Source: an uncultured Candidatus Saccharibacteria bacterium
Lineage (GTDB): Bacteria; Patescibacteriota; Minisyncoccia; Portnoybacterales; UBA2143
Assembly (NCBI GenBank): GCA_964596615.1
Contig: CAZQUN010000002.1
Coordinates: forward strand, 11,332-75,331
Direction of reading: 5' to 3'
Length of the DNA stretch: 64,000 nucleotides
In this document: in pieces, positions 28,334 through 36,490 of the stretch
Layout of the letters: each line of letters opens with the position of its first letter
Numbering within the stretch: position 1 is the stretch's first letter
The notes under the pieces: generated by a model
The model's database searches: none
What the model was told of the DNA's origin: nothing
The model's input: the letters and a program-made list of their open reading frames with translations, nothing else
Translations under genes and position numbers: made by a program

Positions 28334-29911
28334 ATGACAAGCATGTCAAAAATTAAAGCAGTCGTATATGCTAGGGTTAGTTCTGATGAACAGAAAAAGA
28401 AGGAATTTAGTATTCCCAAAATTCAGATTCCTGAATGTATCAATTATATCAAAGAAGAGGGTTGGCTGTTTGCTGGATCCTATGTGGACGAAGGCTTTGA
28501 TTGTAATGCTTTTGAAAAAAGAGCCGAACTTCAAAGAATGCTTAACGGAGAAACGGATAATTATGATGTGGTTGTCGTTTGGAGCTATGACAGATTAGTC
28601 GGTGATGATGAGAATACCCGGGGCCAAATCTACCATATTTTAGACAGAAACAAAAAACAGATAACTTCGGTCAGACAAAGAGCAAGGATAGTCCCAATTG
28701 ACCAGTATGACCCTAAGAGCTTAGATGTCGCTCAAAGGAGACAAATTACTGATATAGGGGTCAGTTTTGATAGAAAGATTAGGAGGGAGAGGTTTATGGA
28801 ATCAAGAGCCAAGACAGTGGCTAATGGCAGGCATATCTCAGAGCCGCCGTATGGTTATAAACTGATTAGGAAGGTTCACCCAGAGGATAAAAGGAGAACT
28901 ATTGGTTATCGATTAATCAATGAGGATGAATCATTAATTTTAGAAAGGATATTCAAAGAGAGGGCTACTGGCAAGAGTTGTAGGAGGATTGCTTTTGGCC
29001 TAAACGATGATGGAATCAGAACTAGAAAGGGTAAAAATTGGACCAACGCCAGGATAACCTATCTTTTAAAAAATTCTTATCCTTGCGGTCTAATTACTTG
29101 GAATAGGACTACCCAGAGGAAATATGGCGACGAACAGGTAAGAACCTACATCCCAGAAGAAAAATGGCAGTATTTCCCGGTTAATACGGCGGTAGAGAAG
29201 TATTATAAGCCGATTATTAGTAAAGAGTTGTTTGATAAAGTTCAGGAGATTAGACAAAGAAATAGAACAGTGTTAAGAGGAAGCGCTTCGTATAGTAGTA
29301 ATTTTTTGGCCGGTCTTCTGAAATGTCCTGTCTGCGGTCGGCCAATGGTAGAAGCTAGTTTTCGTAAACTCAAGAAAAGCATTCTAAGTTATTATATTTG
29401 TTCTTCTCGTCATAATGACGGGGTTTGTAAGAATAAGAAAAGGATAAGAGCGCCGGAATTGAAAGAAGCAGTGCTTAAAGAGGTAATAAAATACCTGAAT
29501 AATCCAGGCGAGTTTAGAGAATACCAAAAGCAGCAGAAAAAAGATGTGCTTAAGAGAGCGGAGAGAGAGGTACTTATCTATGAGAAAAGATTAGCGAAGA
29601 TGAGATCAAGGATTCATTCGCTGAATTTAAAGTTTATAGATGGAAAAATCAAGGATAGTTATTACAAGCAATTACTGGCCAGTTTAGAAGAAGATGAAGA
29701 AGGATTAAAGAAAATTGTTTCTAGAGAAAAAGAAAAGGTAGAGGATTTTAAGAAAAAAAAGGGGACTATAACGAAGTTAAAAGTATTAAGCAGGGATTTT
29801 CGAAGAAGATTTATGGAGCTGGATAATGTTAAAAGAAAACATATTTTCCATACTTTAATTAGGGAGATAAAGGTTCAGGATGATGAGGTAAAAATATTTT
29901 TTAAGGTTTGA
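28334..29911 (+). CDS. large serine recombinase (resolvase/invertase-type catalytic domain plus recombinase and zinc-ribbon domains)
   Basis: N-terminal AVVYARVSSDEQ catalytic Ser motif; 525 aa; C-terminal CPVCGRPM...C zinc ribbon and coiled-coil. Confidence 0.85.
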   Translation: MTSMSKIKAVVYARVSSDEQKKKEFSIPKIQIPECINYIKEEGWLFAGSYVDEGFDCNAFEKRAELQRMLNGETDNYDVVVVWSYDRLVGDDENTRGQIYHILDRNKKQITSVRQRARIVPIDQYDPKSLDVAQRRQITDIGVSFDRKIRRERFMESRAKTVANGRHISEPPYGYKLIRKVHPEDKRRTIGYRLINEDESLILERIFKERATGKSCRRIAFGLNDDGIRTRKGKNWTNARITYLLKNSYPCGLITWNRTTQRKYGDEQVRTYIPEEKWQYFPVNTAVEKYYKPIISKELFDKVQEIRQRNRTVLRGSASYSSNFLAGLLKCPVCGRPMVEASFRKLKKSILSYYICSSRHNDGVCKNKKRIRAPELKEAVLKEVIKYLNNPGEFREYQKQQKKDVLKRAEREVLIYEKRLAKMRSRIHSLNLKFIDGKIKDSYYKQLLASLEEDEEGLKKIVSREKEKVEDFKKKKGTITKLKVLSRDFRRRFMELDNVKRKHIFHTLIREIKVQDDEVKIFFKV

Positions 29912-30361
29912 TTAGTTTTGTCCCGGTGTTGTAAGGAGAAAGTCATATCCAGTATGGATAACTATCGCCGCGATAAGTCCTAGAACAGGCCTTTTTCTTT
30001 TTATAAAATAGCAGATAATCATAGCGGTAATAATCTGGAGTATTGTAGGGGATATACGGACGCTTAGACTATGAACATCTCCTCTGGCAAGGTGCCGAGT
30101 AAAAGATTCTATTCCAGACCAACCCAGTCCAAAGGAAATGCTATAAGGGTTTTCTATTTTCCAACTTTTGATAGATAGGAACTTGCCTAGTTCTTCAGAA
30201 AGTCCGTTAAATAAAGATTCTGTCAGGTGGGCCGATAAAAGAGGCAAGCTACCTAAAGCGTTAAGGCCTGTTATCCTGATAATAAATTCAAAGACTAGGA
30301 ATAGTATTCCGAAGCCGATTATGCCTGCGAGAAAAGCGATCAGAGTATTAATTAGACGCAT
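29912..30361 (-). CDS. CPBP-family (CAAX protease / Abi) intramembrane metalloprotease
   Basis: Multi-TM; conserved C-terminal ...AAIVIHTGYDFL motif region of the CPBP/Abi family. Confidence 0.6.
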   Translation of the reverse strand: MRLINTLIAFLAGIIGFGILFLVFEFIIRITGLNALGSLPLLSAHLTESLFNGLSEELGKFLSIKSWKIENPYSISFGLGWSGIESFTRHLARGDVHSLSVRISPTILQIITAMIICYFIKRKRPVLGLIAAIVIHTGYDFLLTTPGQN

Positions 30362-30409
30362 TGTTATTTCAGGTTATAATTTACTGAGATGACAAAGTTC
30401 AGATATTTT

Positions 30410-31162
30410 TTAAGGTTTAGCCGAAAAAGATATTGTGTCCTGTCTTTGTTCCAATTTCTTTTCTAAAACCTTTGATATTCCATATTTATACAAATCCTGT
30501 CCAAGCTTTGTTATTGAAAATCGATTCCCATTCCTAAAAGCTATTCCGCTAGCAGAACACAAAGCTTCCATTTCCCAATAATCAAAATCTTTATTTGTTT
30601 CTTTCAATAGTTTGCTAAGCTCATTTATTTTACCGCCACTATTTAAGTAAAACTTAAATTCTGCTCTTGATAAAATAGCTAGATAATTAAATGTTGACTC
30701 TTGAAGGCTTTTCAAACAACTGACAAGCGAGGTAAAACGCTCCCAGTCAATTTTTTTTGATATATAGGCACTGAATAGGTAGGCTAAAATCCTAGATTTT
30801 TTTACTGAGTCTAAGTCTTCGATTATAACTAAAATTTGCTCGGTAATTTTATTTCTGAACTTTTTGTTCTTCTTAAAATTATGTCTAAATTCTTTTAAGG
30901 CTTCTTTGTCTACTTTGTTTGACTTAAACTCACTAAGAAATATCAAAAATTTTTTAATAAAAAATCTTTCTTTCACGGCAACGCCAGTTTTAATAATAGC
31001 AACTAGTGTTTTTACGACCGGAGCCTCTTTTAATAAATCAACATCGAGAAGATTGTCGAGTCCAATTTCGGCATAATCTTTGCTAACATCTAAGCTAGGA
31101 TTAATAATCTCTTTTGAAATATTATTCATTAAAATGTTGTTCATTCTTTTTTTGAGAATCAT
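30410..31162 (-). CDS. hypothetical protein (250 aa), possibly defence-related partner of CPBP
   Basis: ORF; Lys-rich; no confident motif. Confidence 0.35.
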   Translation of the reverse strand: MILKKRMNNILMNNISKEIINPSLDVSKDYAEIGLDNLLDVDLLKEAPVVKTLVAIIKTGVAVKERFFIKKFLIFLSEFKSNKVDKEALKEFRHNFKKNKKFRNKITEQILVIIEDLDSVKKSRILAYLFSAYISKKIDWERFTSLVSCLKSLQESTFNYLAILSRAEFKFYLNSGGKINELSKLLKETNKDFDYWEMEALCSASGIAFRNGNRFSITKLGQDLYKYGISKVLEKKLEQRQDTISFSAKP

Positions 31163-31247
31163 ATGATTAATTGTGTTTAATTGTTATTAATGATAGTCGA
31201 ATCTTGGAAGAGTAGCAAGTGTTGATTGTTGCCATGGAGTAAGCGGT

Positions 31248-31976
31248 ATGCATATGATTATTATGACCCAAGTTCTTTTATTCTTGGCCTTGGCAATTGG
31301 CCTTTGGCGAAACCAGGCCTTTTATTTTGTCCTAATTATCTTAATTCTTTATATTACCATGATTGGCGCTCCGGCTTCGGCAGTCAGAGCCGGAATTATG
31401 GCCGGATTACTTTTATTAGCTCAAAAAGTTGGTCGCTTACGGAGTGCCAACAGAGCAGTCGTTTTTGCTGCGACAATTATGCTCCTAATTAATCCGCTTT
31501 TATTAAAATCTGATGTTGGTTTTCAATTATCTTTTGTGGCAGTCCTGGGCATTATTTATTTAAAACCCATTTTTGATCAAAAAATATCCAAGTGGCCCAA
31601 CCCATATTTTCTAAAAGATATTTTAACAATGACTTTGGCTGCCCAATTATCAACTCTGCCTATTTTAATTTTTCACTTTGGCCGCCTTTCTTTAATTTCT
31701 CCTTTAGCTAACTTATTAATCGTCCCTTTATTGCCTTTAATAATGATATCAGGAATAATTTTAGTTTTTTCCGGTTTAATTTGGCTGCCTTTGGCTAAAA
31801 TTATTGCTTGGCCAGCCTGGCTTTTATTGAGTTATGTTATTAAAATTATTGATTATCTTTCATTGTTTCCAATACCAGCAATTGAATTTGAAAAAGTTTC
31901 TTTAATAATCCTATCTCTTTATTACCCAATCCTATTATTTTTTATTTGGAGAAATATAAAGGAGCAGGTCTCTTAG
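31248..31976 (+). pseudogene. comEC: ComEC competence-domain fragment (continuation of 17316..17909)
   Basis: MHMIIMTQVLLFLALAIGL...GAPASAVRAGIMAGLLLLA...GFQLSFVAVLGI matches Competence-domain (PF03772) TM signatures. The ATG is part of the ATGCATAT junction repeat. Confidence 0.8.
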
Positions 31977-32012
31977 ATTAAGCCCTGCTCCTTTCTCGGG
32001 TGGTTCCGAGTT

Positions 32013-32669
32013 TTATCTTCTGAATCCGCGACCTGGCTGCCGCCAGTACGACGGGCATCTCCGCCATCCGTAATCCGGATCCCAGCACCATCGTTCCGGT
32101 GGTAGTTTTGGTTTTTTGTATCGATATGGCTTTGGTTGGATAACAACAAAAGATTCTGTTGGTTTCGGCTCAACAATAATAATGGGGTCTGGTTCAGTAA
32201 TAACAACGGATTCTTGGATCCCCGGCCTAAAAAAATACAGAGTGGCTATACCCTCTTCGAATCTTAACGTAAACACTCCGGTGTACTCGGCGTTTTCGTT
32301 TAGAAAATCGAAGAAATTGGTGTTTGTCGCGGCGGCATAAAATTGAATTTTATGCTGTTGGCTTAATGCTGCCAGAACCTCGAGTTCCTGGAACTTCCCC
32401 CTTATTCCTTTAAGGGTGTGTTTTCTCCCCTGGAAGAAGATTTCGTAAGTAACAAACTGGTTACTTTCTGTTTTTCTTCCCAGGGCTGTAGCGGGAAATG
32501 AATTTCGTATCCCTTGATGATAAGAATCAACCTCATATGTCGAGTCGGCGTATGAGATTACTCCTTTTCCTGTAAGATAAGGAGGAACTCCGGCGATGGC
32601 GGGGAGGCTGTTGTGAAAAAACACCAAGAAAACAATAAAAACACCTAAAATTATTATTCTTCTTTTCAT
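32013..32669 (-). CDS. secreted hypothetical protein with an Arg/Pro/Trp-rich C-terminus
   Basis: RBS GGAGAT; signal peptide MKRRIIILGVFIVFLVFF...AIAG. Confidence 0.45.
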   Translation of the reverse strand: MKRRIIILGVFIVFLVFFHNSLPAIAGVPPYLTGKGVISYADSTYEVDSYHQGIRNSFPATALGRKTESNQFVTYEIFFQGRKHTLKGIRGKFQELEVLAALSQQHKIQFYAAATNTNFFDFLNENAEYTGVFTLRFEEGIATLYFFRPGIQESVVITEPDPIIIVEPKPTESFVVIQPKPYRYKKPKLPPERWCWDPDYGWRRCPSYWRQPGRGFRR

Positions 32670-32834
32670 GTCAATCTCCTTTTCTGTACTGGGTTTGGGT
32701 TTATGGTTAAAGTTAAAGACCAATATGGTTTAATCTAATATTGCTATAGAAAATAATTTTTGTCAAGATTTGGGATAAAATAAAAAAGCAGGGTTGTTGT
32801 TAACCCTGCCTATTGGGAGATATTTTCTCCCATT

Positions 32835-33068
32835 TTAACCTCCTTTCTGTTCCTGTTTTACGACGATCAAAGGATATTCAGGCTCTGTAATACTTTTGAA
32901 CAGCTCTATCAGAATTTCGCTAAGATCGAATTTCTCCATCTCTTTTGCCTCCTCTTCTCTCATCTTAGCGATGAAATCCGAGATTTCTCCAGCCGTGGCT
33001 GGAGACACCAGAGATAAGAAAATGACGGAGAAAAGAACGATAACTGTGATAACTGCCATGCCTTTCAT
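32835..33068 (-). CDS. small secreted protein
   Basis: Strong RBS GAGGAGG; signal peptide MKGMAVITVIVLFSVIFLSLVSPATAG. Confidence 0.4.
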   Translation of the reverse strand: MKGMAVITVIVLFSVIFLSLVSPATAGEISDFIAKMREEEAKEMEKFDLSEILIELFKSITEPEYPLIVVKQEQKGG

Positions 33069-33192
33069 GCAAGGTACCTCCTCTTCAAATTTAACCCAAA
33101 TCCGTAATGCCATATTTATATCACATAACCTATGACTTGTCAATGTTTTTGCTTTAGTTTAATAAATTCTTTTTAGGTGATAAAATGTATAT

Positions 33193-34056
33193 ATGTTTGG
33201 TAAAAAAATCACTTTTTCAATTTTAATAGTTCTTTTTGGCGGAACTGTTATTACCTGGTCCGTTATTTTCTCTCTAACTCCAGATAATGTTTTAGAAGTT
33301 GTTTTCTTTGATATTGGCCAGGGTGATAGTATTTTCATTGAAACCCCGAGCAAAAGACAGGTTTTAATTGATGGCGGACCGGATAAAAGTGTTTTGGAAA
33401 AATTGAATGAACAAATGCCTTTTTATGACAGGAAAATTGATTTAATCATCTTAACTCATCCTGATGCTGACCATATTACCGGATTAATTGAAGTTCTGGG
33501 GTATTATCAAATTGGCCATATTTTAACCAGCGGTTTTCAAAAAGACACTGTTGTTTACAATAAATGGAAAAAATTAATTGAAGAAAAGGGCATTCCTTTA
33601 TCTTTGGCCCAAAGCGGCCAAAAAATATTTTTAGAAGAAAATATTGTTTTAGAAATTCTCTGGCCGGACCAAAACTCAATTAAAACAATTTCTTCAGCAA
33701 ATAATGCATCGGTTGTTGGTCGATTGGTCTATGGTCAATCAGAAATTCTTTTAACCGGAGACATAGAGAAGAAAATTGAAAGCCAACTTGTTAGACACTC
33801 GGTGTCTAACAGTTTAGAGTCAGATATTTTGAAAGTACCTCATCATGGGAGCAAAACTTCCGCTAGTTACAATTTTCTCCAAGCAGTTAGTCCGGAAATA
33901 GCGGTTATCTCGGTTGGCGAGGGTAATCGATATAAGCATCCTAGTCAGGATGTTTTAGATCGTTTGGAAAATACAACAATTTACCGGACAGACAAAAATG
34001 GAGACATCGAAGTTTTAACCGACGGATTTTTGATTGAAATAGGAACGGAAAAGTGA
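33193..34056 (+). CDS. comEC: ComEC-type metallo-beta-lactamase domain protein (separate ORF)
   Basis: N-terminal TM, then FFDIGQGDSIFIETP...IDGGPD...ILTHPDADHITGL...VPHHGSKTSAS...ISVGEGNRYKHP, the ComEC C-terminal MBL signature. Confidence 0.8.
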   Translation: MFGKKITFSILIVLFGGTVITWSVIFSLTPDNVLEVVFFDIGQGDSIFIETPSKRQVLIDGGPDKSVLEKLNEQMPFYDRKIDLIILTHPDADHITGLIEVLGYYQIGHILTSGFQKDTVVYNKWKKLIEEKGIPLSLAQSGQKIFLEENIVLEILWPDQNSIKTISSANNASVVGRLVYGQSEILLTGDIEKKIESQLVRHSVSNSLESDILKVPHHGSKTSASYNFLQAVSPEIAVISVGEGNRYKHPSQDVLDRLENTTIYRTDKNGDIEVLTDGFLIEIGTEK

Positions 34057-34116
34057 TTTGGCAAAGATATATTTTTATGATAGGCTGTTAAGTTAAATAT
34101 AATTAAAGGGAGAAGT

Positions 34117-35202
34117 ATGAAAAAACAAAAGAACGAATTCCCAATTATTAAGACAAAAACAAGAGGAGTTAAAAAGAAATTTGACCTTAATACTCCAGAA
34201 GGTCGGCGAGAATATTTTAACCAGAAAGCCGGGAAAGAAATTGCTCTGCTTAAAAACTATTTTAAAAAGAATAGTTTTATTGCCTATTTCTTGGGCAAAA
34301 AGAATTCAGGTAAGGGGACATATATTAAAATGATGGTTGAAGTTTTCGGAAAAGACAAAATCGGCCATATTTCAGTCGGGGATATAATCAGAGCGGCTCA
34401 CAAAGACATTTTAGACAAGAACAGAAAAAAGGAATTAATAGAGTATTTGAAGAATAATTATCGGGGATATATTTCTCTAGAAGAGGCAATAGATTCTCTG
34501 GTAAGCAGGAAGACGAACGCTCTTATTCCAACCGAATTTACTTTAGTCCTTATTAAGAGAGAGATAGAAAAAATACCAGGGAAGACTCTTTTTGTTGATG
34601 GATTTCCGAGAGAATTAGATCAGATTTCCTATTCTCTATTTTTTAGAGATTTGATTAATTTCAGAAGTGATTTGGATATTTTTGTTGCTATTAATGCTCC
34701 AGAATCAGTTATTGAAGCGAGAATGCAAGGAAGAGTTGTTTGCCCTGTTTGCCAGGTGCCCCGTGGTTTGAAATTTCTTCCAACCAAAGAAGTCGGCTAT
34801 GACGAAGAGAAGAAAGAGTTCTACTGTATTTGCGATAACCCGGATTGTAAGGGGGCTAGAATGATCGGAAAAGAAGGCGACAACCTGGGACTAAAACCCT
34901 TTAGAAAGAGATTAGACACAGACGGACAACTGATAGACAGGGTTTTTGATTTACACGGCGTTCTAAAAGTGTTTTTAAGAAATTCAGTTCCAGTTAACCT
35001 TGCCAAAAAATATGTTGATGACTATGAACTTACCCCTGAATTTAGTTATCAGTGGAATGAGAAAGACAAAAAGGTAAAAAGATCAGAGAAACCATGGATA
35101 ATAAGAGACGACAATGGCAAAAAGATACATAGTTTAATGGCTTCGGCAGTAGTCCTTGGCCTGATTAAGCAATTGACAAGGATTTTAGGACTAAAGAAAT
35201 AA
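34117..35202 (+). CDS. adenylate-kinase-family protein, atypically long, with an expanded zinc-binding LID
   Basis: GKKNSGKGTYIKMM...HISVGDIIRAA (P-loop/NMP-binding), FVDGFPRELDQ, LID with CPVC...CICDNPDC, RKRLDTD; 361 aa against about 215 for canonical Adk. Confidence 0.55.
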   Translation: MKKQKNEFPIIKTKTRGVKKKFDLNTPEGRREYFNQKAGKEIALLKNYFKKNSFIAYFLGKKNSGKGTYIKMMVEVFGKDKIGHISVGDIIRAAHKDILDKNRKKELIEYLKNNYRGYISLEEAIDSLVSRKTNALIPTEFTLVLIKREIEKIPGKTLFVDGFPRELDQISYSLFFRDLINFRSDLDIFVAINAPESVIEARMQGRVVCPVCQVPRGLKFLPTKEVGYDEEKKEFYCICDNPDCKGARMIGKEGDNLGLKPFRKRLDTDGQLIDRVFDLHGVLKVFLRNSVPVNLAKKYVDDYELTPEFSYQWNEKDKKVKRSEKPWIIRDDNGKKIHSLMASAVVLGLIKQLTRILGLKK

Positions 35203-35222
35203 TTCCTTAAAATTGTCAATAT

Positions 35223-35251
35223 TGACAAATAGGCTTTCTTTTTGGTAGAAT
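35223..35251 (+). promoter_or_regulatory. sigma70-like promoter overlapping a 16-bp perfect palindrome
   Basis: TTGACA, 17 nt, TAGAAT; the palindrome TTGTCAATATTGACAA (35213-35228) includes the -35 box. Confidence 0.5.
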
Positions 35252-35416
35252 GAAAAATGGCTTTGCTGTTCAAGAACTTCTTTAAGATTTCGGATTATAT
35301 TTATAGACTTTGAGTTCTAGTCCGTCTGCCTCGTGGGGTAGAAGGCGGGGCTCTGTTTCTAGGAAAGAGCGAAATTCTTTTAGATGTCCCTTCTTGGCAG
35401 TGAAGCCTTTATTTAC

Positions 35417-35449
35417 GAAAAAAAACACCAGCCGGTGTTGTTTTTTTTA
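35417..35449. terminator. bidirectional intrinsic terminator
   Basis: A8 - ACACCAGCCGGTGTTG hairpin - T9. Confidence 0.7.
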
Positions 35450-35455
35450 TCCCTG

Positions 35456-35529
35456 TCGGGCTGACTGGATTCGAACCAGCGATCCCACGCACCCCATGCG
35501 TGTGCCCTAAGCCGCTAGGCCACAGCCCG
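35456..35529 (-). tRNA. tRNA-Pro (anticodon GGG)
   Basis: Cloverleaf folded by hand: C1:G72, D-stem GCCT/GGGC, anticodon stem CACGC/GCGTG, loop ATGGGGT, T-loop TTCGAAT; CCA not encoded. Confidence 0.75.
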
Positions 35530-35760
35530 CTTTTTGGTTGTTTTTGGCTTGGTTTCTTTTTCGGCCTTCGGTTTTTTGACCTTGCTCAGTGTTTTAATGC
35601 ATTTAGTGCAGGCCTTAACCCGTTTACCATCACTAAGACGAACCCATTGTAAATTGGGGTATTTCCTTTTTTTACCGGTTGGGTTATACTGACCACGAAG
35701 CTTTTTTCGAATAACCGCTACCATTGATTTCTTGCCGCAGATTGAACATCTCCTAGACAT
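35515..35760 (-). CDS. rpmB: 50S ribosomal protein L28
   Basis: MSRRCSICGKK...KRKYPNLQWVRL matches the L28 consensus. The 3' end overlaps the tRNA-Pro 5' end, so the true C-terminus is uncertain. Confidence 0.75.
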   Translation of the reverse strand: MSRRCSICGKKSMVAVIRKKLRGQYNPTGKKRKYPNLQWVRLSDGKRVKACTKCIKTLSKVKKPKAEKETKPKTTKKRAVA

Positions 35761-35801
35761 AATTGCCTATTCTAGCATTTAATTTTTAATTTATCAAGTT
35801 T

Positions 35802-36416
35802 ATGGATTTTGTTACTTTAATCTTCCAACTGGCAATTCTGCTTATGTCAGTTGTTATTCATGAATTCGCTCATGGCTGGATGGCTCTTTATCTGGGCGAT
35901 CCGACCGCCAGAAATTTTGGTCGGCTGACATTAAATCCAATCAAACATTTGGATTTTTTCGGGTCTCTGCTCGTCCCTCTTTTTTTAGTCATTGTCAGAA
36001 GCCCCTTTGTCTTTGGCTGGGCCAAGCCGGTTCCATACAATCCCCATAATCTTCGTGACCAAAAGTACGGTCCGGCCAAAGTCGCGATTGCCGGACCATC
36101 AGCTAATCTTTTGGTCGCCCTTATCTTCGGCTTGGTTCTTCGCTTTATGCCGGAAGGAATTCTGGCTTCAACCGGACTGTTTCAGATTTTGAGCATTATT
36201 GTTTTTATTAACATTCTTTTAGCCGTCTTTAATTTAATTCCGATTCCGCCGCTTGATGGCTCTAAACTTCTTTTTGCTTTTCTTCCGGCCTCTCTGGATA
36301 ATATTAGAATAGCTCTGGAGCGATATGGAACATTTATTCTTCTCCTCTTCATTATTTTCGCTTTTCAGTGGATTATTCCCCTAGTTTTTTTCATCTTTCA
36401 ACTCTTAGTTGGTTAA
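35802..36416 (+). CDS. M50-family (site-2 protease-like) zinc metalloprotease
   Basis: HEFAHGWMA (HExxH within a TM helix); polytopic; LDGSKLL motif. Confidence 0.75.
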   Translation: MDFVTLIFQLAILLMSVVIHEFAHGWMALYLGDPTARNFGRLTLNPIKHLDFFGSLLVPLFLVIVRSPFVFGWAKPVPYNPHNLRDQKYGPAKVAIAGPSANLLVALIFGLVLRFMPEGILASTGLFQILSIIVFINILLAVFNLIPIPPLDGSKLLFAFLPASLDNIRIALERYGTFILLLFIIFAFQWIIPLVFFIFQLLVG

Positions 36417-36435
36417 AATATTTCACCATTAAAAC

Positions 36436-36468
36436 AAAAACCCCTCTTCCTCCAAGAAGGGGTTTTTG
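36436..36468. terminator. bidirectional intrinsic terminator between convergent genes
   Basis: AAAAACCCCTCTT...AAGAAGGGGTTTTTG. Confidence 0.6.
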
Positions 36469-36490
36469 TTCTCAGGCAGAGAGCCTTTCT

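Larger units (their letters stand above)
17894..31255. mobile_element. integrated element of about 13.4 kb within comEC (serine recombinase, Xis, terS-like, R-M system, Shedu-like nuclease, CPBP protease)
   Basis: Flanks reconstruct a continuous ComEC sequence. The 8-bp ATGCATAT occurs at both junctions (17886-17893 and 31248-31255). Recombinase, excisionase and accessory/defence cargo lie inside. Confidence 0.75.

Noticed and set aside
35310-35510. 66-aa ORF on the plus strand
   Set aside because: It runs antisense across tRNA-Pro and the bidirectional terminator, with no RBS. The region is better explained as a non-coding transcript.
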